Notes under the pieces: model-generated
Told to the model about the DNA's origin: nothing
What the model saw: only the letters and a program-made list of their open reading frames with translations
The model's database searches: none
Assembly (NCBI GenBank): GCA_964398865.1
Contig: CAYNOO010000004.1
Coordinates: 1 to 62,469, forward strand
DNA from: an uncultured Candidatus Saccharibacteria bacterium
Lineage (GTDB): Bacteria > Patescibacteriota > Minisyncoccia > Phycocordibacterales > Phycocordibacteraceae
Length of the DNA stretch: 62,469 nt
Direction of reading: 5' to 3'
Program-made: the position numbers and the translations under genes
Shown here: positions 18,875-28,834 of the stretch, one piece after another
Layout: every line of letters starts with the position of its first letter
Position numbering within the stretch: position 1 is the stretch's first letter

Positions 18875-20212
18875 TTAATCCAGTGCTATGAGAGCCGCGC
18901 GAGTAATCACTCCCACGTACCCTGCGGCCGGCACTATTTTATGAGTAGTTTGAAAACTAATGACGGCTTTTTCTGTCGCAGGACCGAAAAAATCACTTTC
19001 ATTCCCCGGGGAGCCGACACCGGACTCCGCAATTATCACGCCGTAGTGATTCAATATTTTTTGGAGAGAGCGCACATCTTCACCACTAAGATTCCGATAC
19101 AAATCACGCGTGAACGTGGCTGAGGTCGGTGTCGTTGATGAAATCACAACAGTAGAATCGTTAAGAACGCGTGCCCGAGTCGCTGGACCAAAATATCCGC
19201 TTGCAGGAGTTATGCCGAGGGCTTGCTGGTACTCAATGAGAGCGGCTTCCGTCACAACTCCAAAATAACCCGTGGCACCCGCTGTAGCTAAACGCGAAGC
19301 GGCACTACCAACTGCCTTCTTGATAAGAAACTGCTGCAAGTTCGTCACGAGAACCCCCGAAGAGCCAAGTTTAAGATCACCCTCCGGAAGGGTGACATTT
19401 ACCACTCGGGCGATTACTGGTAAGGATGCGAGATATTCGACAATGACACTAGGAAGAGGAATATTGTTTGCGAGTGCAGCTTGAAATATATCTCTGAAAT
19501 TCAATACGACTAGCGCACCTAAAGCGCTTGGATCTGCAGTTTGGGTCAGAATTTTAGATAGATAGGATATTTTTTCTTGAGAAGTAAATTCTCGGGTCAG
19601 TCGCGGGAACGGGTCAGTCGCACTCCTGTCATGGCGTATTTCAAAATGAAGGTGCGCAGGTCCGCCGGCTGCGTTGCCAGTGTTTCCCACGTAACCGATA
19701 AGAGACCCAGTGTCCAACACCGTTCCTGTTGTTACTCCTTCGCCCACTTTATCAAGATGCATGTAGACGAATGTTTCTCCTCCGGGATTTGCCGTATATA
19801 CATAGTTGCCTTCTGTCTCTCCCGTACCTGTTCGAAAGACGACCGCAGCGGTTGGAGACACTATCGGCGTACCCTTTACTGCCATAATGTCTTCTCCTTC
19901 ATGGGTGCGACCGCCCGAGCGTGGGTCGCCGAAGTTTGGCGACAGGTCTTTTATTTCAACACCGAAGAGAACCGGCATAGCGACCGAAAGAACGGCAGTA
20001 CTGTCGAGAGCGTTTATTTTTTTCTGAATTTCACTCGACTGCCCTCGCCACCCTCGTATCCGCTCCTGGCGAGCAGAGCCAGTTTCAGACGCACCTTCGT
20101 TCACTAAGCCATCAGGAGTGCTCGGCGTCGTAGTCGCCGCAAGAGAAAAAATAGGAGCCGCTATCACACTCCCCAGTAAAAAAAGTAGCAGAAAAAACCT
20201 TGTTTGTTTCAC
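18875..20212 (-). CDS. M23 metallopeptidase with C-terminal peptidoglycan-binding domains
   Basis: Signal peptide, HEGEDI (HxxxD), HLHFE (HxH), two PG-binding-like repeats (V..LQ.FL...GYFG..T..A...YQ). Confidence 0.8.
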   Translation of the reverse strand: MKQTRFFLLLFLLGSVIAAPIFSLAATTTPSTPDGLVNEGASETGSARQERIRGWRGQSSEIQKKINALDSTAVLSVAMPVLFGVEIKDLSPNFGDPRSGGRTHEGEDIMAVKGTPIVSPTAAVVFRTGTGETEGNYVYTANPGGETFVYMHLDKVGEGVTTGTVLDTGSLIGYVGNTGNAAGGPAHLHFEIRHDRSATDPFPRLTREFTSQEKISYLSKILTQTADPSALGALVVLNFRDIFQAALANNIPLPSVIVEYLASLPVIARVVNVTLPEGDLKLGSSGVLVTNLQQFLIKKAVGSAASRLATAGATGYFGVVTEAALIEYQQALGITPASGYFGPATRARVLNDSTVVISSTTPTSATFTRDLYRNLSGEDVRSLQKILNHYGVIIAESGVGSPGNESDFFGPATEKAVISFQTTHKIVPAAGYVGVITRAALIALD

Positions 20213-20278
20213 ACGTACCTATGATGACGTCTCTCAAACCCCAGTCTTACAGATATAATCACCCGCCTCCTGAACATG

Positions 20279-20310
20279 AAAAAACCGCCACACGTCCGTG
20301 GCGGTTTTTT
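20279..20310. terminator. Intrinsic terminator hairpin, T-tracts on both strands
   Basis: aaaaaaccgccac-acgtcc-gtggcggtttttt downstream of the PKD/FN3 gene. Confidence 0.8.
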
Positions 20311-20332
20311 CGAGAAATAAACACCTCTCCTG

Positions 20333-21709
20333 CTACATGTTCAACGTAGTCAGTGAGAATTGAGAGGTAGCTGTTGCGTTACCATCTGCATTCTTTGACT
20401 TGATGATGAAGTAGTACGTGGTACCTGCGGCAAGATTATTCGCGGTGAGCGAATGATTTGTCGACAGAGTACCGTCAGAGAGAGCTGTTGTGTTTACCCC
20501 ACCGATGACTACTGGGGATGACGCAGAATAGTAGACCTCAGAGTTGGCAGCCACATCAGTGCTCCAATTGAGCGTGATGTGCTCGCTTCCAACAAGCGCG
20601 GTTATGCCACTCAGCACTGGAGCCGCTTGTGCCTCTGGATTCACGACAACGCTGGTCTTCGCCGTTGCGGTCAAGCCCGTATCATCCTTCACCGTAAAGG
20701 TGATGGTGTAGGTGCCGGCGGCAGCATACGTGTGAGTGAACGTTGATACTTGAGTGAAGGGCTCTGATTGAGCGAGCGCCATCATACGTGCTGCTCCGCT
20801 ATCACCCCAATCCACCGAGTATGACAATGAGCCATTCTCAGGGTCGGATGCGTTCACGGTCCAGGTGCCTTCCGTATTCACTGTGAGCGTTACTGGTCCT
20901 TCTACCTTACTAATTGAAGGAGCACTGCTTGGTGCGGCTGGAGTAGCGAAGGAAGATATGTTCGACTTAGCTATGTTGCCAGCAGCATCCTTGGATTGCA
21001 CGTAGAAGTAGTACGTCGTACCCGGGCTGAGCCGATTCAGGTTAATCTTGTGCTTAAGAACACGAGCACGCTCCGTCTCTGAGAATGCTGACGATGGGTT
21101 AACATCCGCTGATAAGCTATAGAAGACCGTTGAATCGCCCCTGACATTAGTCGCCCAACTGATGCTTGCGTGATTCTGATTTACTGCCGTGGCATTAACA
21201 TCCGAAACAGCAATAACAGGAGGCTGATCACTTGCAATCACGTGCACAGTGGCGGAAGAGGAACTGGAAAGTCCTGCTTCATCCTTGACCGTGAATTTCA
21301 CCGTGTAGGTGCCTGGCGACGTATAGGCATGCGTGAACGAGGACTCCTGCACGAAGCTCTGGGCTCCTAGCGAGAAGAGCGACTTCAACATCTGATCACC
21401 CCAATCCACCGAGTATGACAATGAGCCATTCTCAGGGTCGGATGCGTTCACGGTCCAGGTGCCAGTCGCATCCACAGTCAAAACCGTCGGAGCGGTTATA
21501 CCGGAAATAGAAGGCGGAAGGTTACGATTTGTGGTGTCGGCTAGAGCAACTTTCGTCTTTACTCCAGCACCAAACCAGCTCGCGAAGTTAGCGAATATAC
21601 CACCACGCTGCCCCTGATTGGCACTCGCTGCGAAGCTTGCAGATGGTGCAAGAATCATAGACAGGATAAGAGCTGAACCTGCAATTAGTGACGTGTATCT
21701 ATGTTTCAT
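20333..21709 (-). CDS. Secreted PKD + fibronectin-III repeat protein
   Basis: Signal peptide from MKHRYTSL (start moved from 21847); two YSVDWGD PKD-like and two LxPGTTYYF FN3-like units. Confidence 0.75.
   Translation of the reverse strand: MKHRYTSLIAGSALILSMILAPSASFAASANQGQRGGIFANFASWFGAGVKTKVALADTTNRNLPPSISGITAPTVLTVDATGTWTVNASDPENGSLSYSVDWGDQMLKSLFSLGAQSFVQESSFTHAYTSPGTYTVKFTVKDEAGLSSSSSATVHVIASDQPPVIAVSDVNATAVNQNHASISWATNVRGDSTVFYSLSADVNPSSAFSETERARVLKHKINLNRLSPGTTYYFYVQSKDAAGNIAKSNISSFATPAAPSSAPSISKVEGPVTLTVNTEGTWTVNASDPENGSLSYSVDWGDSGAARMMALAQSEPFTQVSTFTHTYAAAGTYTITFTVKDDTGLTATAKTSVVVNPEAQAAPVLSGITALVGSEHITLNWSTDVAANSEVYYSASSPVVIGGVNTTALSDGTLSTNHSLTANNLAAGTTYYFIIKSKNADGNATATSQFSLTTLNM
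20801..21463. repeat. Perfect 69-bp direct repeat (20801-20869 and 21395-21463)
   Basis: Base-by-base identity; encodes GTWTVNASDPENGSLSYSVDWGD twice. Confidence 0.95.
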
Positions 21710-21858
21710 GTTTGAGTTGTTATTTTTTAATGTATTTAGTAACGCTGATAAAGATGCGCAGAAATCTTCAATTGATATGTTGATACGACCCTGCGCTACG
21801 TTTAACAAAAGCACACGGACAATGAAAATCCCATGAGACGAGAACACGAGGGCGATTA

Positions 21859-22314
21859 TTAATTTGTATGACTGGTCTGAAACACCCTATGGATTTCTAC
21901 GACGAGACCAACTACCCGCCCAAACAAAGTGCCGAATATACCCGCAAGGAGATATGCGGTTACTGATACGGGAGAAAAATCATGTAAGAAAGTTCTGAGA
22001 CCAATTTCAAAAGCGATATATAAACCCAAAGTTACGTACCCTACCGTACCCATCCTCCCTGTTTGCACAACTTCGTCTTCCTCATTCCAATTGACAACGT
22101 TCATGCGCGAAAAGATATAGAGACCCAACAAAAACCCAATACCTGAAAGTGCCGCTGCAACCAGCCAATCTGCGTCTCTGAAAATAATATTGAAGAGAAC
22201 CACTCCTAAAAGAACGAGTGAGATGAAAAAGAGCATCCGAATCTGAAAGATAAGTTTCTTGTGGAGTTTTCCTTCTTGCCGCAATATTCCGACTTCTCTG
22301 AAAAAATGAATCAT
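21859..22314 (-). CDS. Hypothetical multi-pass membrane protein
   Basis: About 4 hydrophobic helices; TACAAT 6 nt upstream of ATG. Confidence 0.6.
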   Translation of the reverse strand: MIHFFREVGILRQEGKLHKKLIFQIRMLFFISLVLLGVVLFNIIFRDADWLVAAALSGIGFLLGLYIFSRMNVVNWNEEDEVVQTGRMGTVGYVTLGLYIAFEIGLRTFLHDFSPVSVTAYLLAGIFGTLFGRVVGLVVEIHRVFQTSHTN

Positions 22315-22367
22315 TCTTTCATTGTAGCAAAACCCTCTTTTGAAACGGGTTCTGATACTATGAGCGT

Positions 22368-22709
22368 ATGAAAACGTATACAGGTGGATGCCACTGCAAG
22401 GCGGTGCGCTACGAAGTTGAAACGGATTTGGGGAAAGTGCTCACCTGCAACTGCTCGCACTGTGAGGCGAAGGGGCTCCTCTTGAACTTTGTGGATAAAG
22501 ACAAATTCAAACTGCTTTCAGGAAAAGAACACCTGACCGATTATCGATTTAACAAGAAAGCCATCCGCCATCTGTTTTGCAACATCTGCGGAACACAATC
22601 ATTCTCGGAGGGTGTTGAGTTTCCGAAAGTGGCTATAAATGTCCGCTGCCTCGATGGCATCGATATCGCTGCGCTTACTCTCACGCCTTACAACGGAAAG
22701 GAATACTAG
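22368..22709 (+). CDS. GFA (CENP-V) family zinc protein
   Basis: GGCHC, CNCSHC, HLFCNICG, AINVRCL. Confidence 0.9.
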   Translation: MKTYTGGCHCKAVRYEVETDLGKVLTCNCSHCEAKGLLLNFVDKDKFKLLSGKEHLTDYRFNKKAIRHLFCNICGTQSFSEGVEFPKVAINVRCLDGIDIAALTLTPYNGKEY

Positions 22710-22972
22710 CTATCCTTCGTATCGTCATTCCCCCACTGCCAACGGGGTTGCTCTCCCGTCAGCCAAGCAATGAGCGTCAGAAGCAACCCCGCCCCTAGTG
22801 TTTCTATAAGAAATGGGCGGACCGTATCGCTTACAGAGTGAGAATGAGTATCGAGACGTAGAAAGTTCCAAATCGTAAAGGCTATAAACCCTGCAAGAAT
22901 CAGCCATGCTTGCCATGTTGCTGGATACCAACCCCACCCGTACGTTTTCCTTTTGAACCAAAGATGCTTCAT
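22706..22972 (-). CDS. Small hypothetical membrane protein
   Basis: WFKRKTYGWGWYPATWQAW, two TM helices. Confidence 0.6.
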   Translation of the reverse strand: MKHLWFKRKTYGWGWYPATWQAWLILAGFIAFTIWNFLRLDTHSHSVSDTVRPFLIETLGAGLLLTLIAWLTGEQPRWQWGNDDTKDS

Positions 22973-23095
22973 TCATAGTAAGTGTAACAAAGACAGCGCT
23001 TTACTAGAGTAACAGCATGAAGCAGCGTAGGTCTTCAGGATATCTTCATAGTTCGTGACGCATACTCTAACTACGACTACCTGGCTATAGCTCCC

Positions 23096-25129
23096 ATGCT
23101 CAATTTCAAAAAAAATAAAGTGCTCAAAGCAATACTGGGATCCTCAGAAGAGGGTACCGCTGTATTTAGCGCTGACCACACACTACTCTTTCTCAATGCA
23201 GCAATGACTAGCGCAACAGGCGACAATGCGACCGATATAGGTAATTCCAGCGAGAATCTCGCAAAGAAGCACCAAATAGTCACCATGGAGGGCGATTCGC
23301 TCAAACCGGAAGATTTTCCTATCAGCCGCGCGCTTAGAGGTGAGGAGACTCACAATGAACCATATGTATATATAGACTTGGACGGACGACATCGATGGCT
23401 TTCGGTTTCGTGCGTATGTATCAGAGACGAAACGGGCGCCCTTGTGTATGTAGTCAAGACCGTTCACGATGTCTGGCACATCAACTCATGCGAAGACAGG
23501 CTTCAGTTCATGCTAGGATCGGCAAAAATTCTTTCTAAGAAAATTGATTTTCGCACATGGCTTTTAGAAAAAGCAAAACTGACAGTTCCATCGCTCGCCG
23601 ACTGGTGCGCTATAGATGTCTTGAACGAGCACGGCGGCTTAGAGCGTATCGCAGTGATTCACCAAGACTCGAAGATGACCGACTATCTTTTTGAATTTGA
23701 GAAACGTTTTCCCACAACCGAAAAAAACTCAGCAGATCTCTATACCGTCATCAGGACAGGCGAAGCACAATTGGTACCTGTTGTAACCGATGAAACAACG
23801 CGGCAAGGCGCACGGTCACCTGAACATCTTGCGGCAATGCAGCGACTGGGATTGAAATCACTCATGATCATTCCCATTTTTGCACGCGGCAAAACACTTG
23901 GTGCGCTCTCGCTTGGGTACACAGACTCCGGTCGTGTGTACACGAAGGAGGACTCCGAGTTCTTCAGAGAGTTTTGCAATGACCTCGGTATCGTACTTGA
24001 GAACGGTCGCCTTGACGATGAAATAGCCGACCGCGATAAAGCTAAAGATCTCTTCCTGGCTTCCCTCTCGCACGAACTCCGGAACCCCTTGGCGCCCATC
24101 AAGAGCGCTCTCGAGCTTCTTAAACTGCGTGAGACTACCACTGATGTGCGCGAGGAATTGGACGTAATCGAACACCAATTCGATCATCTCGCGAAACTCC
24201 TCGGAGATCTTCTTGATGTCACACGCTTCACGCAGGCAAAGATTGAAATCGTGCCCCAAACCCTAGAGTTGCGTAAGCTCGTGGAGCGCGCGCTTAAAGC
24301 GAGCGAGGGCTTGTTGCATGCCTCTGACATCACCCTCCATGTTACCTATCCGAGTACGCCCTTACCCGTATGGGCGGACGACACGCGACTCGAGCAAGCC
24401 ATAACGAACGTGATGAACAACGCCGTCAAGTTTACACCTTCCGGCGGCTCCATCTGGGTAGATTTGTTAAAAGAAGGAGAATCTGCAGTCCTTAAGATTC
24501 GCGACAACGGAGCCGGCATACATCACAGCGACTTGCCTAATATCTTTGAAATGTATTATCGGGGAAACAATAGCAACAATACGAGCGGACTCGGCATCGG
24601 GCTTCTGCTCGTGCAGAAGATAGTAGAATTGCATCGGGGTACAATTTCGGCAGCAAGCGAAGGAATAGGTAGAGGGAGTGAATTTGTTATTAAGCTCCCC
24701 ATCACGGATATCCGGAGCTTCCCGTCCGAGCCCGCATCACACGGAAGCGCGAGTAAAATGAGCGGACGCGTGCTTATAGTTGATGACAACGTGCTAGCCG
24801 CAGACTCGCTCACTAAACTCTTAAATAGGTTGGGCGCACACGCGGAAGCGCGCTACTCGGGCAAAGATGCCCTTCTCCATGAGAGGCTTTCTGCTTTCGA
24901 TATCATTATTCTTGATATCGGCATGCCGCACATGGATGGATACAAGGTCGTCCAGGCTCTCCGTGCTCGCGGCGTGCAGGTGCCTATTGTCGCACTCACC
25001 GGATACGGTCTTTCGGAAGACAAGCAGAAAGCCCTCGATGCTGGTTTTACCGCACACCTCACAAAACCTATCAGCATCAAGGAACTCGACGAAACCTTCA
25101 AAGAGTTTCTGCCTCCAATACTAATTTGA
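23096..25129 (+). CDS. Hybrid sensor histidine kinase/response regulator (PAS-like, GAF, HisKA, HATPase, REC)
   Basis: SHELRNPL, NAVKFT, DNGAGI, GLGIGL, REC ILDIGMP...LTKP. Confidence 0.9.
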   Translation: MLNFKKNKVLKAILGSSEEGTAVFSADHTLLFLNAAMTSATGDNATDIGNSSENLAKKHQIVTMEGDSLKPEDFPISRALRGEETHNEPYVYIDLDGRHRWLSVSCVCIRDETGALVYVVKTVHDVWHINSCEDRLQFMLGSAKILSKKIDFRTWLLEKAKLTVPSLADWCAIDVLNEHGGLERIAVIHQDSKMTDYLFEFEKRFPTTEKNSADLYTVIRTGEAQLVPVVTDETTRQGARSPEHLAAMQRLGLKSLMIIPIFARGKTLGALSLGYTDSGRVYTKEDSEFFREFCNDLGIVLENGRLDDEIADRDKAKDLFLASLSHELRNPLAPIKSALELLKLRETTTDVREELDVIEHQFDHLAKLLGDLLDVTRFTQAKIEIVPQTLELRKLVERALKASEGLLHASDITLHVTYPSTPLPVWADDTRLEQAITNVMNNAVKFTPSGGSIWVDLLKEGESAVLKIRDNGAGIHHSDLPNIFEMYYRGNNSNNTSGLGIGLLLVQKIVELHRGTISAASEGIGRGSEFVIKLPITDIRSFPSEPASHGSASKMSGRVLIVDDNVLAADSLTKLLNRLGAHAEARYSGKDALLHERLSAFDIIILDIGMPHMDGYKVVQALRARGVQVPIVALTGYGLSEDKQKALDAGFTAHLTKPISIKELDETFKEFLPPILI

Positions 25130-25147
25130 GCAAAGTGGCTTTTTCGA

Positions 25148-25837
25148 TCAGGTTTTCAAGATCTCCGTAGTGAGCGCGCCGCCACAGTACTGAGTTACTA
25201 GCCTCGCGAGTTCTCTCGTCGCTTCCTCGACGAGGGGCGCTCCAGTCGGGGGTACAGCATCAATTACAATGACGGCGTTCACGGTCCCCTCTGTCATTTT
25301 TGTTCTCTCCGCCTCCCGCCAATTCCATCGTCTGCAGATTACTCCACTATCATCCTTGTAAATCACTTCTCCGACTTTAGGGGGTTCGTTTTCTATACCA
25401 CCTAGTCGGATGAATTCTTCTGTACCGAGAGCGGTTGCAAGGTGTAAATCTCCCTTGATAGCGTCCGTATTCTCTCCCCCTACAGGCAGCACATATTTGA
25501 GTGAGATGTAGTTATACAAATCAACAAGAGTATTTATCCGTGGCAGTATTGCACCCTTAAGCGCTCGACGCACCAGTGCTTCTGCAGAACATCGGTATTC
25601 ATGCGGGTCAGAGCCGAATTTTTTGTATGTCTGTCTCCATGCGGCAATGAAAGGATGCTTGGATGGAGACTCAAACTCTGCGAAAGATTCACGAACCGAT
25701 GCCGAAACTTCTTCGAGTAGAGCACCGACCTCCGGAATCTGTTTTGTATTATCTACGCCGCTAGCATAAATCACCCCGATAATCGGACTGAATTGTTCTT
25801 GAACTTCTTTTTGGATTAGGAGATTCATAAATATCAT
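25148..25837 (-). CDS. B3/B4 (PheRS-beta editing-like) stand-alone domain protein
   Basis: AWRQTYKKFG, SAEALVRR, INTLVDLYN, CRRWNWRE. Confidence 0.8.
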   Translation of the reverse strand: MIFMNLLIQKEVQEQFSPIIGVIYASGVDNTKQIPEVGALLEEVSASVRESFAEFESPSKHPFIAAWRQTYKKFGSDPHEYRCSAEALVRRALKGAILPRINTLVDLYNYISLKYVLPVGGENTDAIKGDLHLATALGTEEFIRLGGIENEPPKVGEVIYKDDSGVICRRWNWREAERTKMTEGTVNAVIVIDAVPPTGAPLVEEATRELARLVTQYCGGALTTEILKT

Positions 25838-25893
25838 CCGCTTTTTACTAACATCCTTGGTTTCGAATTTGTCTCAGTGAAACCTTCAGAACT

Positions 25894-26289
25894 TTATGCA
25901 CCCAATACAAACCGAGCGAGAATACCTATTGCCGCGCCGACACTCAAAATGGCAATAACAATACTGAGGCGTTTCACCACGCTCACATTTTTTATATGGA
26001 GGAAATACGCGAGCATAAGTAACACAAAAAAGTAGGAGGCACTCATAAAATACCAGTCAAAAATTTGCAGGAACGCGCGCCAAAAAGCTGAGATGCCCGC
26101 ATTATTCAATACATGCTCCTGTAGCCAAAAGTGAAGTGCGTCTGTGGGGTCGGGAGCGAGCTCGCCCAAAAATGCGCCGAGCAAGAAAATCCCCACAGGA
26201 GTCTTAAGGAACTTCTCTTCGGACTTAAACCATCTCTTAGCATGCTCAAATTTCATATAAAGAGTATATATCCCAAAATGACTCCTCAT
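25894..26289 (-). CDS. Hypothetical membrane protein
   Basis: Three hydrophobic segments; true start may be MKFEH. Confidence 0.5.
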   Translation of the reverse strand: MRSHFGIYTLYMKFEHAKRWFKSEEKFLKTPVGIFLLGAFLGELAPDPTDALHFWLQEHVLNNAGISAFWRAFLQIFDWYFMSASYFFVLLMLAYFLHIKNVSVVKRLSIVIAILSVGAAIGILARFVLGA

Positions 26290-26307
26290 CTGGGAGTAAG
26301 TTGGAAC

Positions 26308-26817
26308 CTATAACGTCTGAATCAAAGTCTTTGCTTCCCCAGGGTTCCTCAATCGTATGATTTTTTCAGCGTGTGACATTTGCTTGAGAAACTTATTCAA
26401 GTGATACACCTCCTTTTTGTCCCACACGCGCTTTAGGAAATCAAAACTAAACTTTTCCGGAGAGCCTTGCAGTTCTGGGCGCGGATTCTTGTGATGCTTT
26501 AGCCAACGCATGATGTATCTCCACGCTGCGACAGAAGACGAGTAATCCAGATAGATAATGGAATCTGCGCTATTAAGCACAGCATCAAAGGCATTCTTAT
26601 CTATAAAGCCTTCAATGATCCATGTTTCCTTCAGACTTATCTCTTTAAGCTGCCTCAAGGTCTCCTCGTTGCCTATGTAGTTCCAGCCAGACTTCCACAT
26701 GACCGTGTCGATATGCGTGACTGGGAGACCAGTTTTATCGGCAAGTTTCCTCGCGAATATTGATTTTCCCGAGGCGCTAACGCCAACAACTGCGATTCTT
26801 TTTCCAAGATTGTTCAT
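26308..26817 (-). CDS. Adenylate-kinase-like 'topology modulation' (FlaR) family protein
   Basis: RIAVVGVSASGKS, THID...W...W, WIIEG. Start moved from 26844. Confidence 0.75.
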   Translation of the reverse strand: MNNLGKRIAVVGVSASGKSIFARKLADKTGLPVTHIDTVMWKSGWNYIGNEETLRQLKEISLKETWIIEGFIDKNAFDAVLNSADSIIYLDYSSSVAAWRYIMRWLKHHKNPRPELQGSPEKFSFDFLKRVWDKKEVYHLNKFLKQMSHAEKIIRLRNPGEAKTLIQTL

Positions 26818-26899
26818 CGCGCTTATTAGAACACAAAAAAACATCGAGCCGCCGGACTTGAGCTAGAACCCTGGCGTTAAGCCCTGCTTGCTCCCTCCT

Positions 26900-27838
26900 T
26901 TATTCTTCTTTGTAGCTATTAAGATATTTCGGAAAAACCGCTTTGAACTTTTCAGCTGCTCCTATAAGCCACGGAAAATACGAACCTCTTTTAGAAAAGT
27001 CGTTTAAATCTCCCGATGAGGAAACTTTAATTCGGCTCGCCTTTCTTTCCGGTAACTCCATCCATTCAAGTGTTTCTCCAATCTCCCGTTCGATGTCACT
27101 CCGATGTTTATATAGATGTTTGTACAAATCCTTACTATTATTGATATACAATTCAACGCCAAAAAGCTTCTCCCGAGACTTGATTGTCAGAGCGATATGC
27201 GCCTGACTACTCCCAACACTTAACGTTAGCCAGTGTTGTGCGGATGGTTTTTGGAATCGGAGTGTGGAGCCGTTCTCTTTGGCATAATCTTTGAGCTGAG
27301 TCCAAAATTCCAGCTGTTTTAGATTTGTCTCAGTTCGTTCACCGCGTCCTGTTGATTCTTTGACCGTTTTTGCCCAATCGTTGGGCTTCGAAACTATGTC
27401 GAATTTCGGCGCTAGGGGAGAATTTTCAATTTGCCACACTTCTATCTTTACGAGATAAAACTCCGTGTTTTCGTCGGTATGTTCATTAAGCCAGTCCACC
27501 GCGCGACGATGTTCCTCGCGCGCATCTTTAACAACCCAGAGGACGATTTCAGCATCGTAGCCAGAAGCGTACGTGACTATTTTCCCGAGGTGGTCATGGT
27601 TGGTAATTTCAAGTTGATTTTCAATAATAATTTTTCTTCCTGTTCCTTCCTCCTCAGCAAGAATATCAACATTGAAGTCACCTACAGAAGCTTCGGTTTC
27701 AATGAGTTTTATATCGAACCCAACTTCGTTTCCCAGGAGTCGCAAGTTTTCTTCTTCGGCAAGCCAGCGGGTGAAATCACTCGCTTCGTGTTTCCATGCT
27801 TCGCGCAAATCGACTTTCTTTAGCTTCGCAAGTGCCAT
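26900..27838 (-). CDS. DUF4268-domain protein with N-terminal PD-(D/E)xK-like nuclease domain
   Basis: LREAWKHEA.DFT.WL, VDIL...IIIENQL...DHDHLG-type motif, FW..L and LEWMELP..KASRI. Confidence 0.75.
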   Translation of the reverse strand: MALAKLKKVDLREAWKHEASDFTRWLAEEENLRLLGNEVGFDIKLIETEASVGDFNVDILAEEEGTGRKIIIENQLEITNHDHLGKIVTYASGYDAEIVLWVVKDAREEHRRAVDWLNEHTDENTEFYLVKIEVWQIENSPLAPKFDIVSKPNDWAKTVKESTGRGERTETNLKQLEFWTQLKDYAKENGSTLRFQKPSAQHWLTLSVGSSQAHIALTIKSREKLFGVELYINNSKDLYKHLYKHRSDIEREIGETLEWMELPERKASRIKVSSSGDLNDFSKRGSYFPWLIGAAEKFKAVFPKYLNSYKEE

Positions 27839-27958
27839 GAGTCTTTATTATAACGTGGGGATGATTTGACTGAGGACTTGAGTTAGAAACGCGATTAGCT
27901 AAGACCCGCAAGGCAAATTAGCTGCTTACACTATCGATACGTTTGAGTGCTTTGAATT

Positions 27959-28669
27959 TTATGGATATTTAGTAATAAATTCACAGAGCTTATAACCTGA
28001 CAAGGTGAGTCGAAAATATTGGGTTCCCCTTATACTCGAAAGATCCTGATATACCCTTTTTGATATAAGAGCCAAATTTATTAGATTTTGTTCGCGCGCC
28101 TCTACCAGGCTCGGAAGATTATGTCCTATTTGTCTGGCAATCGTATGAAGCCAATCCTCCGCACTAGTACTACCAATGTTGACCGTAATTCCAGGACGCG
28201 CCTTGTCAGTAACAAGATCGAAATTTGCTTTAAGAATTAAAATATCACCGCTCGATAAATTGCGGCAAATTTGCATTAGTTCGTACGCGAGTCTTTCGTC
28301 CTCTTCTGAGCTGTTTTTTGAAATAGAAGATAGGAAAATAGATTTCATTGCCTTCATTCTCTCTTCGTCCGGCACCTCCTCATCAATAAATTCCAATAGT
28401 TCATTAAAGGACGCCTGGTTGCTGTTTGTTGCAAAATAATCTTCCTTTATTTCCCCTTTCTCTCGGTATTCGTTAAGTTCCCGTCCCAACTGTGTTAAGA
28501 GCTTAAACTTGAGAGAAGCTTGTACAAGTTTTCCTGCAGATAAAATCCACTCTTTCTTTTCTGAGGTAAGAATGCCAGTCAGAGCCTCCGCTAATTTCAG
28601 AGGGTTGCTAATGAAAGCGAGAGCGTCTTCGGGGCTGTCTAATTTAATTAGATCTTTATCTTTTGCCAT
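27959..28669 (-). CDS. Hypothetical protein, weakly Abi-alpha/DUF4393-like
   Basis: AT-rich 236-aa ORF; LS..DILIL, NL..LALI and C-terminal LTLSG..LCEFI pattern. Confidence 0.45.
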   Translation of the reverse strand: MAKDKDLIKLDSPEDALAFISNPLKLAEALTGILTSEKKEWILSAGKLVQASLKFKLLTQLGRELNEYREKGEIKEDYFATNSNQASFNELLEFIDEEVPDEERMKAMKSIFLSSISKNSSEEDERLAYELMQICRNLSSGDILILKANFDLVTDKARPGITVNIGSTSAEDWLHTIARQIGHNLPSLVEAREQNLINLALISKRVYQDLSSIRGTQYFRLTLSGYKLCEFITKYP

Positions 28670-28834
28670 AATTTATATGCCCTTCGGAGTCCAGGCTACT
28701 TCAAAAGCGCCTTCGTCAAATTTTGCTAAATTTGACGCGATTTTTACGCGCTCTCGTCTTGACGCTTAGGAAAGCATCCGCGACGTGAATTGAAGCTTTT
28801 TATAAAGCTTTGCTTTCTAAAAACATCAATTCAG

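Noticed and set aside
23096-25129. Orphan hybrid kinase as part of a novel signalling system
   Set aside because: The domain architecture is standard, and no linked regulator or output gene supports more than a routine annotation.
26848-26895. tRNA fragment or attR of an island integrated at tRNA-Gln
   Set aside because: CTCAAGTCC resembles a T-arm but does not match the tRNA-Gln 3' end; no att duplication was found.
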